Below, piece after piece: positions 17,038-24,842 of a stretch of DNA of 32,000 nt; the stretch's first letter is position 1, and each line of letters opens with the position of its first letter. The notes under the pieces are model-generated. The model did not search any database. It was not told the origin of the DNA and saw only the letters and a program-made list of their open reading frames with translations. The position numbers and the translations under genes are program-made. The stretch covers positions 630,001 to 662,000 of the forward strand of contig CP126532.1 of the NCBI GenBank assembly GCA_030167145.1. Direction: 5' to 3'. This DNA is from Ktedonobacterales bacterium (GTDB taxonomy: Bacteria; Chloroflexota; Ktedonobacteria; Ktedonobacterales; JADMIN01).

Positions 17038-17781
17038 GTGTTCACCATTGAGCAGCGGGATGCTCTCCGCAACCGTGTGCTGCGGCTCGCGGAGGAGGAT
17101 GAGCGCGTTGTTGCCGGAGCCGCCGTGGGTTCGCTTGCTGTGGACGGCGGCGACCGCTTCTCCGACCTGGACCTCACCTTCGGCATCGCTGACCAGGTTC
17201 CGGTCGCTGACATGCTCGATGACTGGCAGCGCACACTCACCGACGAGTTCGATGCGGTGCATCTCACCGACCTGGAGCGCGGTCCGACCATCTACCGTGT
17301 ATTCCTGCTCCCGGACGCGCTTCAGTTCGACCTCTCGATGACGCCAGCGGCGCAGTTTCGCCCAGCCGGGCCGCGATTCCGGCTGCTGTTCGGCGAGACA
17401 GCAGCGGGCAAGTCCGAGGCTCCCACACCGCCGGTCGCGGGCGATATCTTCGGGTGGGGTGTCATCTACGCGCTCCACGCGCGCGCATGCATCGAGCGCA
17501 GGCGTGTCTGGCAGGCCGAGCATTGCGTCGGCGCCGTGCGCGACCACGCGCTCACGCTTGCCTGCCTCCGCCAAGGACTACCCGCGGTGCAGGCGCGCGG
17601 CTACGATAGCCTTTCCACTGAAACCCTCGCGCGATTTGTGGATACCCATGTTGGCGCGGTCGAGCCTGGCGCGCTACGCGCTGCCCTCGCGGCAGCAGTG
17701 CTCGCGCTCATGCACGAGGGCACGGAGGCATGTCTACCGCACGCGGATACCGTCGCCCAGCGCCTCGCCGAGCTTCGCTGA
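17038..17781 (+). CDS. Nucleotidyltransferase (pol-beta fold) fused to a KNTase_C/HEPN-like helical domain
   Basis: Contains GSLAVDGGDRFSDLDLTFGI (G-S-x10-D-x-D) and a third acidic strand LQFDLSM. The C-terminal helices carry R-x5-H (RVWQAEH, 17503..17523). GTG start with GGGAGGA at 17022..17028. Confidence 0.75.
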   Translation: MFTIEQRDALRNRVLRLAEEDERVVAGAAVGSLAVDGGDRFSDLDLTFGIADQVPVADMLDDWQRTLTDEFDAVHLTDLERGPTIYRVFLLPDALQFDLSMTPAAQFRPAGPRFRLLFGETAAGKSEAPTPPVAGDIFGWGVIYALHARACIERRRVWQAEHCVGAVRDHALTLACLRQGLPAVQARGYDSLSTETLARFVDTHVGAVEPGALRAALAAAVLALMHEGTEACLPHADTVAQRLAELR

Positions 17782-18096
17782 CGCAGAGCCGATACGCCCA
17801 TCTACAGGTGGTGGTATAGGATTGCTACTTCACATACTGCTGGCACAGGAACACGTAGTACCAGGCACCAGCAGCCGTTGCCATCTGCCTCTGCGGCCTT
17901 GACTGATTCACGGCATGCAACAGGCAAAGGAGGCCATCCTGTGGCTTGGAGAGATGCTCTGAGATACCCTTCTGGAGTGAGTTTGCTTAAGGATTACGGG
18001 CATATCTCGGTGACGCCACTCCATTTCGAGTCCGGCGAGCGATGTCAGAACCCAACTGCACTGAGTATTAGCGGAAGCAGAGATTTTTTGCGCCCC

Positions 18097-18125
18097 TTGA
18101 CAACGGCTACAGTTTTCGATATAAC
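18097..18125 (+). promoter_or_regulatory. Candidate promoter TTGACA-17-TATAAC upstream of the PadR gene
   Basis: TTGACA at 18097..18102, a 17-nt spacer, and TATAAC at 18120..18125. Confidence 0.5.
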
Positions 18126-18137
18126 AAGATATATCTT
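18126..18137. promoter_or_regulatory. Perfect 12-bp palindrome AAGATATATCTT abutting the -10 element; candidate autoregulatory operator
   Basis: The sequence equals its own reverse complement and starts 1 nt after the putative -10 hexamer. Confidence 0.35.
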
Positions 18138-18214
18138 TATCAAAAGAAGGGGGTGATGCAAGTTCTGGTACGGAATGTGTGAAGCGAGCATCTGCTCGCA
18201 AAGGAGGATTGTCT

Positions 18215-18997
18215 ATGTTTCGAGGCTTTGATCGTGGGCCACGCGGATTCGCGTTCGCGTTCGGTGGCCCACAAGGTATGGATGACACTGGCGAATGGCA
18301 GCCATGGGTGCGCGGCAAGCGCGAACGATTCGGGCGCGGTCCGGGATACGGTCCAGGTTTCGGCCCGCCATTTGCGCCGCCAATGCTCTGGCATATGATG
18401 CGCCGTTTCGGCTTTGGTCCTGGGATGCCGCCAGGTGGCCCGCGGATGTTTGGGCGCGGCGATCTCAAGTACGCGCTTCTCGAGTTGCTTCAGGAACGCC
18501 CTAAACACGGCTATGAGATGATGAAGGAGCTGGAAGATCGTTCTGGCGGCTTTTATTCACCAAGCGCGGGCGCCATTTACCCGACCCTACAATTGTTAGA
18601 AGATCGTGGCTGGGTGACGACTCAAGTGATGGAGAGCAAGAAAGTCTACGCGATCACTGATGCTGGGCGCGAAGCGCTCGGTGAGCATCTACGCCGCGCG
18701 GAGAGCCATGGCGGGCCTCACGGTTGGGGTGAGCGCCATCACGGACATGGAGGGCCATTTGGTCGCCAGGCACGACCTGAGTTGCGTGCATTACGTGATG
18801 AGAGTATTGAGGTAGCAAGGCTGATGCGTGCTGCTGTTTTAGCATCTGGCGGCGATCCAGAGCGATTGGCGCGGTTACGGGCCATCGTCTCGCGAACGCA
18901 CGCTGACCTGGACGCATTTCTTGGCCAGGACCGCAGCCAGGAGCAACGTGGTAGCGCCACTTCTGAGGATGCAGATGGCCCGGTAGAACATCTCTAA
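18215..18997 (+). CDS. PadR-family transcriptional regulator with a Gly/Pro/Phe-rich N-terminal extension
   Basis: wHTH DLKYALLELLQERPKHGYEMMKELEDRSGGFYSPSAGAIYPTLQLLEDRGWV. The start is ATG 18215 (AAGGAGGA at 18201..18208, 6-nt spacer). Confidence 0.85.
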   Translation: MFRGFDRGPRGFAFAFGGPQGMDDTGEWQPWVRGKRERFGRGPGYGPGFGPPFAPPMLWHMMRRFGFGPGMPPGGPRMFGRGDLKYALLELLQERPKHGYEMMKELEDRSGGFYSPSAGAIYPTLQLLEDRGWVTTQVMESKKVYAITDAGREALGEHLRRAESHGGPHGWGERHHGHGGPFGRQARPELRALRDESIEVARLMRAAVLASGGDPERLARLRAIVSRTHADLDAFLGQDRSQEQRGSATSEDADGPVEHL

Positions 18998-19066
18998 CGC
19001 GAGACATGGATTCGGTGGAGCGTGAACTTCTACTTCACCAAACCATCCGCCTCATGCGTGTGACTG

Positions 19067-19099
19067 GGACCGGGCACCTGCACGTGTGGTACCCGGTTC
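19067..19099. terminator. Imperfect GC-rich hairpin between convergent genes
   Basis: GGACCGGGCACC (19067..19078), a 9-nt loop, and GGTACCCGGTTC (19088..19099), pairing at 10 of 12 positions. There is no clear U-tract, and the right arm touches the stop codon of the minus-strand gene. Confidence 0.3.
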
Positions 19100-19947
19100 T
19101 AGGCATCCGCAACAATCAGATTGTTATGGACCGCGAAGACCCCTGCAACATGCCAGATGTCTTGCTCGGCTGAAGCGCGATGTCGTGGCGTGGGCAACTT
19201 GCCAGAGATGGTTACGTCGCCGTCTCGCACAGTCACCTCTAGACCTGCTACATATGGCCCTACCGCTGGATTGATTTCGAGGATTGCCAGCACGTCTCCG
19301 AGAATCTGCGCGTCTGACCGTAGTATGGGGCTAACAGCGACTTGCTCAGCACTTGCGTCCAGGTGCAGGGCAGTACCACCGCCGAAAATGGCCTGGCGCT
19401 CTTCGCTCTTCACGGTTGTTGCCCATGCAGGTGGCAGCAGCAATTGTTGATTGGTCACGTTGATGAGCCGCGCGAGGGGGCTGGTGATACGCTCAACGTC
19501 GCTCAGGATATCCCCGCGCACCTGCACCAATAGGTCAATAATCTGCCCGGTTTCCGAATCTACCGCCACTCCTTCTAATTGACCGATGTATCCGTCATGG
19601 CAATAGACACGCATGGCTCCACGCAACTCCAAGGTATCAGGTGTTGGTGTCGGCGGCTGGTTGCTGCCTAGTGGATACACCCGCAGTTCGCGCTTCATTA
19701 CCCCGTGCCGGAGGCGCAGCCATGCTGCGTCTGTCTCGGTCCGCAACAGCACGCTCACAAGCCTACCACTAGGCCCCTCGATGCTGCGATATCTAGCTGG
19801 CACAGACGGAACGTCGCTGCCCTTTAATTTCGCGCCAAAACGTAAGACATGCCGCACTGATCGTTCTCCAGCATCTTCGTCTACTGCCCGTATGTCCGTG
19901 CATTTCCTGGACCACCAACGAACCATCCGGCCCCGCATGCCATACAT
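19099..19947 (-). CDS. PRC-barrel plus BON domain protein
   Basis: PRC-barrel-like VYCHDGYIGQLEGVAVDSETGQIIDLLV. C-terminal BON-like LEVTVRDGDVTISGKLPTPRHRASAEQDIWHVAGVFAVHNNL. Start-codon choice (19947, 19938 or 19926) is uncertain. Confidence 0.7.
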   Translation of the reverse strand: MYGMRGRMVRWWSRKCTDIRAVDEDAGERSVRHVLRFGAKLKGSDVPSVPARYRSIEGPSGRLVSVLLRTETDAAWLRLRHGVMKRELRVYPLGSNQPPTPTPDTLELRGAMRVYCHDGYIGQLEGVAVDSETGQIIDLLVQVRGDILSDVERITSPLARLINVTNQQLLLPPAWATTVKSEERQAIFGGGTALHLDASAEQVAVSPILRSDAQILGDVLAILEINPAVGPYVAGLEVTVRDGDVTISGKLPTPRHRASAEQDIWHVAGVFAVHNNLIVADA

Positions 19948-20303
19948 ATCTTGAATCTCTCGGCATCAAGCTGGGAGGATGGCTGATTAATCCGAATCTA
20001 TCATAACTGGCGAATCCCAGGAACGGCAAACGCGCTACTCACTTCTTGCTAAGACGTGCTGTTATGGTGGCTCGCCACACTGAGCGTGGTTTATATGGGT
20101 GATTGGACAACGTTTGGTGCGCGAATGCAGAGCGGGTGCTAGCGCGTCTGGGCGAGAGCGAGTACAATTAAGAAGATGCCGTCAGACGATGGACAACCGG
20201 TGGTCCGACTCTGCCTGAATCGGACACCCATCCCTACTCCACACCAGGATCACCCGTGCCCCACAGCGCAGGGATCCGCAAGAATTGCTATGTAGGAGCA
20301 AAG

Positions 20304-20609
20304 ATGACCACGACACTCACTATTATTGCCGCTGTGCTCGCGCTGCCCCCTGGTCTTTTCATCGCCGTGCTGATGAGTCAGCCGCGCGCGCGCCTGCTCT
20401 CATTGCTTGGCGGAACTATCGGCGATGTCGCTGTGGCGGTGGCAGTCTATCTTGTTGTCACCAACGCCAAGATCGGTCTCGACGGATTATCCTATTTCCT
20501 TGGCACGTTCTTCGCCTGCTCTATGGGCATTTTTGCCGGTGCTCTGGTAGTCAACTTTCTTGTGGGTCTGGCGAGCCTACGATCTGGCACGACCGCCGCT
20601 GAATATTAA
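20304..20609 (+). CDS. Small integral membrane protein (3 predicted TM helices)
   Basis: 101 aa, almost entirely hydrophobic helices (LTIIAAVLALPPGLFIAVLM, VAVAVAVYLVV, FFACSMGIFAGALVVNFLVGL). TAGGAG lies 5 nt before the ATG. Confidence 0.55.
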   Translation: MTTTLTIIAAVLALPPGLFIAVLMSQPRARLLSLLGGTIGDVAVAVAVYLVVTNAKIGLDGLSYFLGTFFACSMGIFAGALVVNFLVGLASLRSGTTAAEY

Positions 20610-20629
20610 GCCACTTCTGCCAGGTTAGG

Positions 20630-20672
20630 AATGCCACCACCGTTTGGCATGGGTCACGCTGGTGGTGGCATT
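20630..20672. repeat. Perfect 12-bp inverted repeat AATGCCACCACC-N19-GGTGGTGGCATT between convergent genes
   Basis: Arms at 20630..20641 and 20661..20672, read directly from the sequence. Possible terminator-like hairpin without a U-tract. Confidence 0.5.
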
Positions 20673-20755
20673 GCTACGCCACGCCGTCACCCATTACCGC
20701 ACTGAGCAATCTATTTGTGGTTTCGCAACCCCGCACGTATACGGGCCAAAACACA

Positions 20756-21337
20756 TCAGAGACGTGATTGTGTCTGGGAGGCGAGCGGCTGACCATATAC
20801 ACCGAACAAAAACCCGCCAACGCAAATACACGCATAACCGGCAAGCGATACGGCGATGCCGTAGTCCCAGGCGTAGCGTATTGCAGACAACGAGATTCCC
20901 AACAGTATCGCCAGCCCCAGGGTGAACATCGCACCGAAGAGGCCTCCCAGAACAATGGCCACCGCACCTGTGCTGGATATGAACCGCTGCGAGCCGCGCT
21001 GACGCAAATGCATCGCCCCGAGAAGAGCAAATAGCAACGGTAGTCCGAGGATCAGCACGAGCCGCACGTTGATTCCGGCAGGCAATGTGAATGCTGCGCC
21101 CAGCGGGCTACGGGCGGGACCAAGTTCGCTTTGGGAATAGCCAGCACAACCGTCACATGTACCAGCGGGTAGATAGGGGTATGCCCACGGCAGAAAGAGG
21201 GATAGAATCGCGAGCATGCTGCCGAGCAGCAACAGTAGGCCAGCAATACGTGCGACACGGCCACCGCCGCCTGTTGACAGCGATGGGTATCTGAGGTTCG
21301 GCTGCGCCGGTATTGTGGAGTCAGATTGTGGGTCCAT
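20756..21337 (-). CDS. Integral membrane protein, unknown function
   Basis: Four to five hydrophobic helices, with a loop containing CDGCAG. The start is set at ATG 21337 (AAGGAG at 21347..21352 on the minus strand, 9-nt spacer). Confidence 0.6.
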   Translation of the reverse strand: MDPQSDSTIPAQPNLRYPSLSTGGGGRVARIAGLLLLLGSMLAILSLFLPWAYPYLPAGTCDGCAGYSQSELGPARSPLGAAFTLPAGINVRLVLILGLPLLFALLGAMHLRQRGSQRFISSTGAVAIVLGGLFGAMFTLGLAILLGISLSAIRYAWDYGIAVSLAGYACICVGGFLFGVYGQPLASQTQSRL

Positions 21338-21493
21338 TTGCTCTTGCTCCTTCTGCCGGATACAGATTATCTGTGATTGCGTGCAGTGTATAGTCTTCTT
21401 GCCCAAATTGCCACGCACTATTCATACACCCGCGCATTGCGCCCATCTGCGGCCACACCTATAGCTAAGCATGGGGAACGCTACTTTCGCGCG

Positions 21494-21522
21494 TTGACTG
21501 TTTCTGGCGATGCCGCTACAAT
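21494..21522 (+). promoter_or_regulatory. Near-consensus promoter TTGACT-17-TACAAT upstream of the kinase gene
   Basis: TTGACT at 21494..21499, a 17-nt spacer, and TACAAT at 21517..21522, about 70 nt upstream of ATG 21594. Confidence 0.55.
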
Positions 21523-21593
21523 TGCCTGGTTGTGAGAGCTTTTGGCGTTTCGTCCGTTAGACATAGAGAAGATTGTCGCGGTACTTGGGGAGA

Positions 21594-23261
21594 ATGCGCG
21601 TGACGCAGGCAAATGTGGGTAGCTTGACTGGGCACACGCTGGACGAGTTCCAATTGGTTGCGCTGCTCGGCGCGGGTGGTATGGCCGAGGTCTATCGCGG
21701 ACGCGACCTGCGTCTGCGCCGCGAGGTCGCCATCAAAGTGCTGCCGGCCTGGCTCGCCACCGACCCCAATTATGTGACGCGCTTTCGCGATGAGGCGCGG
21801 AAGGTCGCCGCGCTCAATCATCCCAATGTGGTGCCGATATACAGCTTTGGCGAGAACAAGGGCCAGCTCTACCATGTGATGCCACTGCTACGCGAGTCCC
21901 TGCGTGACTATATCAATCGTGTCGGCATTATGCCGATTCACGAGAGCGTGACGCTGATCGTGCAGATTGCGACGGCGCTGGAGACCGCGCATAAGCATGG
22001 CATCGTCCATCGCGATGTCAAGCCGGAGAATATCTTGCTCGATGGCAAGCGGAAAGCGCTGCTGACCGACTTTGGCATTGCGCGCGAGTTGTCGTTCTTG
22101 CGCCAGCCAGGCACAGCGCGCACGCTTTCGGCGACGGGGTTGCCGATTGGCACGCCAGAGTACATGGCGCCGGAACAGTTGCGCGATGGCCCGGTGGATC
22201 AGCGGGCTGACATCTACGGGCTGGGCGCGGTGCTCTACGAATTGTTTACGGGAGTCGCACCGCACGAAGCTGGCTCACCGTATGAGGTCGCTTCACTGGT
22301 GCTGACGACTCCGGTGGCCAATCCTTCACAGCGCAACCCCGATGTATCACCTGCGATGGAGCAGGTGGTGCTGACGGCGCTGGGCAAAGAGCCGGATGAT
22401 CGCTATGCGAGCATGAGCGAGTTCGCTTCCGCGCTGCAAAATGCGCTGCTGCTCACCAATCCGTCAATGCCGCGCTACACGATGCCGTTGGGCGGCAGAG
22501 GGACATTGACGGGCGCTGGCTCGACGACTGGCAAACGTGGATCCACGACCTATGTCACGATGTCGGGTACGGGCGCGGTAGGTGCGTCGCCTGCCCCAGC
22601 CAAGCGAGGGCGTAGCAAGCGAATGATGGGCGCAAGAGCGCTGGTCGCGGCGCTCGCGGCGGTCACACTGGTAGCTGCGCTGCTCGGTGGCGGCGCGATT
22701 CTGCATATGCTGGGTTCCGATAGCAGCGGTAAACCCCTCATCATTGCGACGTCAACAGCCGCGCCGACCAATACTGCTACTACAGCACCGACAGCCACAG
22801 CGGCGCCTACAGCTACGGCCACGCTCGCTCCGACGGCTACCACAGCGCCGCCGACCGCGACGCCGCCACTGCCGCCGCCGAATGTGACCATTACGCCAAT
22901 GCAGTGGCAAATCACCTATAGAAGTGGCTCTAACAATTGTTATTCCTACAAGAGTTCACCGCCAGTCCCGCAGTTCATCACGAACAAGAGCAACCATCCG
23001 ATATATTGGTCTTGGCAAGCAGGATTCATGCCAGGCAAGTACTTTGCTTGGCAGCTTAACGGTATCTCTGGAAGCTGGATAACGGGACCGCCGTTTGACG
23101 CATCACTGGCCCCTGGCGCTACCGATACACTGAATATTAAGTTCTCTTGCCCTGATCCTAGCCAGATCACCTATCAGGTGACATTGGTTGCCAGAGATAC
23201 GGTCACAAACGTTGTCACTACGTATGCCCTGACGCTGATTGCGCCAGGTCCAACTGGTTAG
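21594..23261 (+). CDS. Hanks-type Ser/Thr protein kinase with one TM helix, a Thr/Pro/Ala linker and an uncharacterised extracytoplasmic C-terminal domain
   Basis: Contains GAGGMAEVY, VAIKVL, HRDVKPENILL, DFGIA and TPEYMAPE. The TM helix is ALVAALAAVTLVAALLGGGAIL, the linker spans 22749..22880, and the C-terminal ~125 aa have no recognised family. Confidence 0.9.
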   Translation: MRVTQANVGSLTGHTLDEFQLVALLGAGGMAEVYRGRDLRLRREVAIKVLPAWLATDPNYVTRFRDEARKVAALNHPNVVPIYSFGENKGQLYHVMPLLRESLRDYINRVGIMPIHESVTLIVQIATALETAHKHGIVHRDVKPENILLDGKRKALLTDFGIARELSFLRQPGTARTLSATGLPIGTPEYMAPEQLRDGPVDQRADIYGLGAVLYELFTGVAPHEAGSPYEVASLVLTTPVANPSQRNPDVSPAMEQVVLTALGKEPDDRYASMSEFASALQNALLLTNPSMPRYTMPLGGRGTLTGAGSTTGKRGSTTYVTMSGTGAVGASPAPAKRGRSKRMMGARALVAALAAVTLVAALLGGGAILHMLGSDSSGKPLIIATSTAAPTNTATTAPTATAAPTATATLAPTATTAPPTATPPLPPPNVTITPMQWQITYRSGSNNCYSYKSSPPVPQFITNKSNHPIYWSWQAGFMPGKYFAWQLNGISGSWITGPPFDASLAPGATDTLNIKFSCPDPSQITYQVTLVARDTVTNVVTTYALTLIAPGPTG

Positions 23262-23266
23262 CGCGC

Positions 23267-24496
23267 TTACCCTTCGCGGTGCAGGTGCAGTCGGAGCAAG
23301 TTGAGCGCGGTGATAGCGGCGCGCCACTTGATCTCGGTGCGCGCGCCTCGGAATCGCTGACTGGTGTCGCTGACGCGCCCATCTGAGGCGACGGCGATAT
23401 GCACTGTGCCCACAGGCTTGCCTTCCTGCGCGTCTGGCCCAGCGATTCCGGTGATGCCGATGCCTATGCTCGCACCGAGGCGTTCGCGGCTCGCTTCGGC
23501 CATCGCACGTGCGGTCTCGACACTGATCACGCCGAAGGTGTCAATCGTCTCGCGTGGCACGCCCCACTGCATCTTCATCTCCGCCGAGTAGGCCACGAAT
23601 CCGCTGACGAAGGCGTTGGAGCTACCGGGCACATCGGTGAGCAGGCTAGCCACGAGTCCGCCGGTGCAGGATTCCATTGTGGCGAGGGTTAGCCCGCGCT
23701 CGATGAGCATCGTCAGCGCGACGCTCTGGGGTGTATCGCTGTCTACGCCGAACACATGCGCGCCAAGCAGTTCGCGCGCCTGCGCTTCTACCGTTGCCAC
23801 CTGCGCCCGCGCCTCAGCTTCGGTCGCGGCCTTGGCCGTGATACGCACGTCTACTGCATCGCGTTTGGCATAGGTGGCGAGCGTGGGGTTGTTGCTATGC
23901 AGCAGCGCCTGCAATCGTTCTTCGACGCTGGATTCGCCCAATCCCGCAACGCGCAGCGTCTTGGTGAAAAGTATCGCTCCGGTGAGCGGGCGCAGGCGCG
24001 GCACGACCTCGGACTCCCACATGGCCTTCATTTCGTGCGGCACGCCCGGCATGGCGACGATCACTTTGCCTTCGCGCTCGGCCCACCAGCCGGGCGCGGT
24101 TCCGTTGGGATTCGCCAGGGGTGTGACAGATGGAATGACCCACGCCTGCTTGATGTTGCGCTCAGGCATCACGATGTCTCTGCTAGCGAAGAATGCGCGC
24201 AGGTCTGCTTCAAGCTGTGGATCTACTTGTGGCGTTTCGCCAAGGACCGCCGCGATGGCCTCGCGGGAGAGGTCATCCTCGGTCGGCCCCAGGCCACCGG
24301 TCATCACGACGATATCGGAGCGATCATGCGCCCGCTGAAGTGTTTCGCGCAGCCGGTCCAGATTGTCGCCCACTTGCGAGACGAAATAGAGGTCAATGCC
24401 CAGCGCGCTGAGCTGCTGAGCAAGATAGGTGGCGTTGGTGTCGGAAATGTAGCCAAGCAACAGCTCGGTGCCAATCGAAAGAATCTCCGCCCGCAT
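23267..24496 (-). CDS. cinA: CinA-family protein (MoCF-binding domain plus NMN deamidase PncC domain)
   Basis: MRAEILSIGTELLLGYISDTNATYLAQQL...VVMTGGLGPTEDDLS in the N-terminal domain; ESCTGGLVASLLTDVPGSS...GIGITGIAGP in the C-terminal domain. Confidence 0.9.
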   Translation of the reverse strand: MRAEILSIGTELLLGYISDTNATYLAQQLSALGIDLYFVSQVGDNLDRLRETLQRAHDRSDIVVMTGGLGPTEDDLSREAIAAVLGETPQVDPQLEADLRAFFASRDIVMPERNIKQAWVIPSVTPLANPNGTAPGWWAEREGKVIVAMPGVPHEMKAMWESEVVPRLRPLTGAILFTKTLRVAGLGESSVEERLQALLHSNNPTLATYAKRDAVDVRITAKAATEAEARAQVATVEAQARELLGAHVFGVDSDTPQSVALTMLIERGLTLATMESCTGGLVASLLTDVPGSSNAFVSGFVAYSAEMKMQWGVPRETIDTFGVISVETARAMAEASRERLGASIGIGITGIAGPDAQEGKPVGTVHIAVASDGRVSDTSQRFRGARTEIKWRAAITALNLLRLHLHREG

Positions 24497-24707
24497 CGCA
24501 TACTCCCGTTTCGGCTAGCGCATCGGTCTCATCCGTCAGGCGGATTGTAGCATCTGGTGACTCCACAGCGTCTAGCCCAAATGGGGAGCGTACGCCACAT
24601 ATCAGCCGACAAAAGAGCCAGTCACGGCTATCGCAATAGACAGGAGTCATAGCTGTTATGCCGAGTTGGCACAGCATCTCGTGGTCTGCTACGTAATTCG
24701 CCCTATC

Positions 24708-24723
24708 CTACAAGATGTTGTGA
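24708..24723 (+). promoter_or_regulatory. NrdR box 1 (distal)
   Basis: CTACAAGATGTTGTGA matches the NrdR-box palindrome ACACWANATNTWGTGT at 13 of 16 positions. Confidence 0.6.
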
Positions 24724-24731
24724 TTTTGCTA

Positions 24732-24761
24732 TTGCAGACACAAGATGTTGTGGTGTACAGT
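24732..24761 (+). promoter_or_regulatory. Candidate nrdJ promoter TTGCAG-18-TACAGT
   Basis: TTGCAG at 24732..24737 and TACAGT at 24756..24761. NrdR box 2 fills the spacer, consistent with repression by promoter occlusion. Confidence 0.4.
24738..24753 (+). promoter_or_regulatory. NrdR box 2 (proximal)
   Basis: ACACAAGATGTTGTGG matches ACACWANATNTWGTGT at 15 of 16 positions. The core ACAAGATGTTGTG is repeated exactly 30 bp after box 1. Confidence 0.7.
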
Positions 24762-24842
24762 TGATTGTGCTCCTGCCCAAGGGGCGATTTTGACGACAGG
24801 CGTGTGGCCCAAACCCAGGGGTTCGACGAGGAAGGGATAGCC

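Noticed and set aside
16234-17574. Minus-strand ORFs 16234..16731 (165 aa) and 16960..17574 (204 aa), and the plus-frame ORF 16263..16808
   Set aside because: All overlap better-supported plus-strand genes, and their translations are Ser/Arg/Cys-rich without helices or motifs.
17908-18468. 186-aa minus-strand Pro/Gly-rich ORF
   Set aside because: It is the mirror image of the Gly/Pro-rich N-terminal extension of the PadR gene plus intergenic DNA, so it is an artefact of low-complexity sequence.
22749-22880. Repetitive ACn/GCn/CCn DNA that superficially looks like a tandem-repeat array
   Set aside because: It is an in-frame Thr/Ala/Pro linker of the kinase. There is no repeat-spacer periodicity and it is not a CRISPR array.
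23756-24550. 264-aa plus-strand ORF
   Set aside because: It is antisense to cinA, whose two domains are clearly recognisable.
24497-24842. Possible cobalamin riboswitch upstream of the B12-dependent nrdJ
   Set aside because: I could not find a B12-box-like element or the expected conserved stems. The region is instead explained by the NrdR boxes and a short leader. An Rfam scan would settle this.
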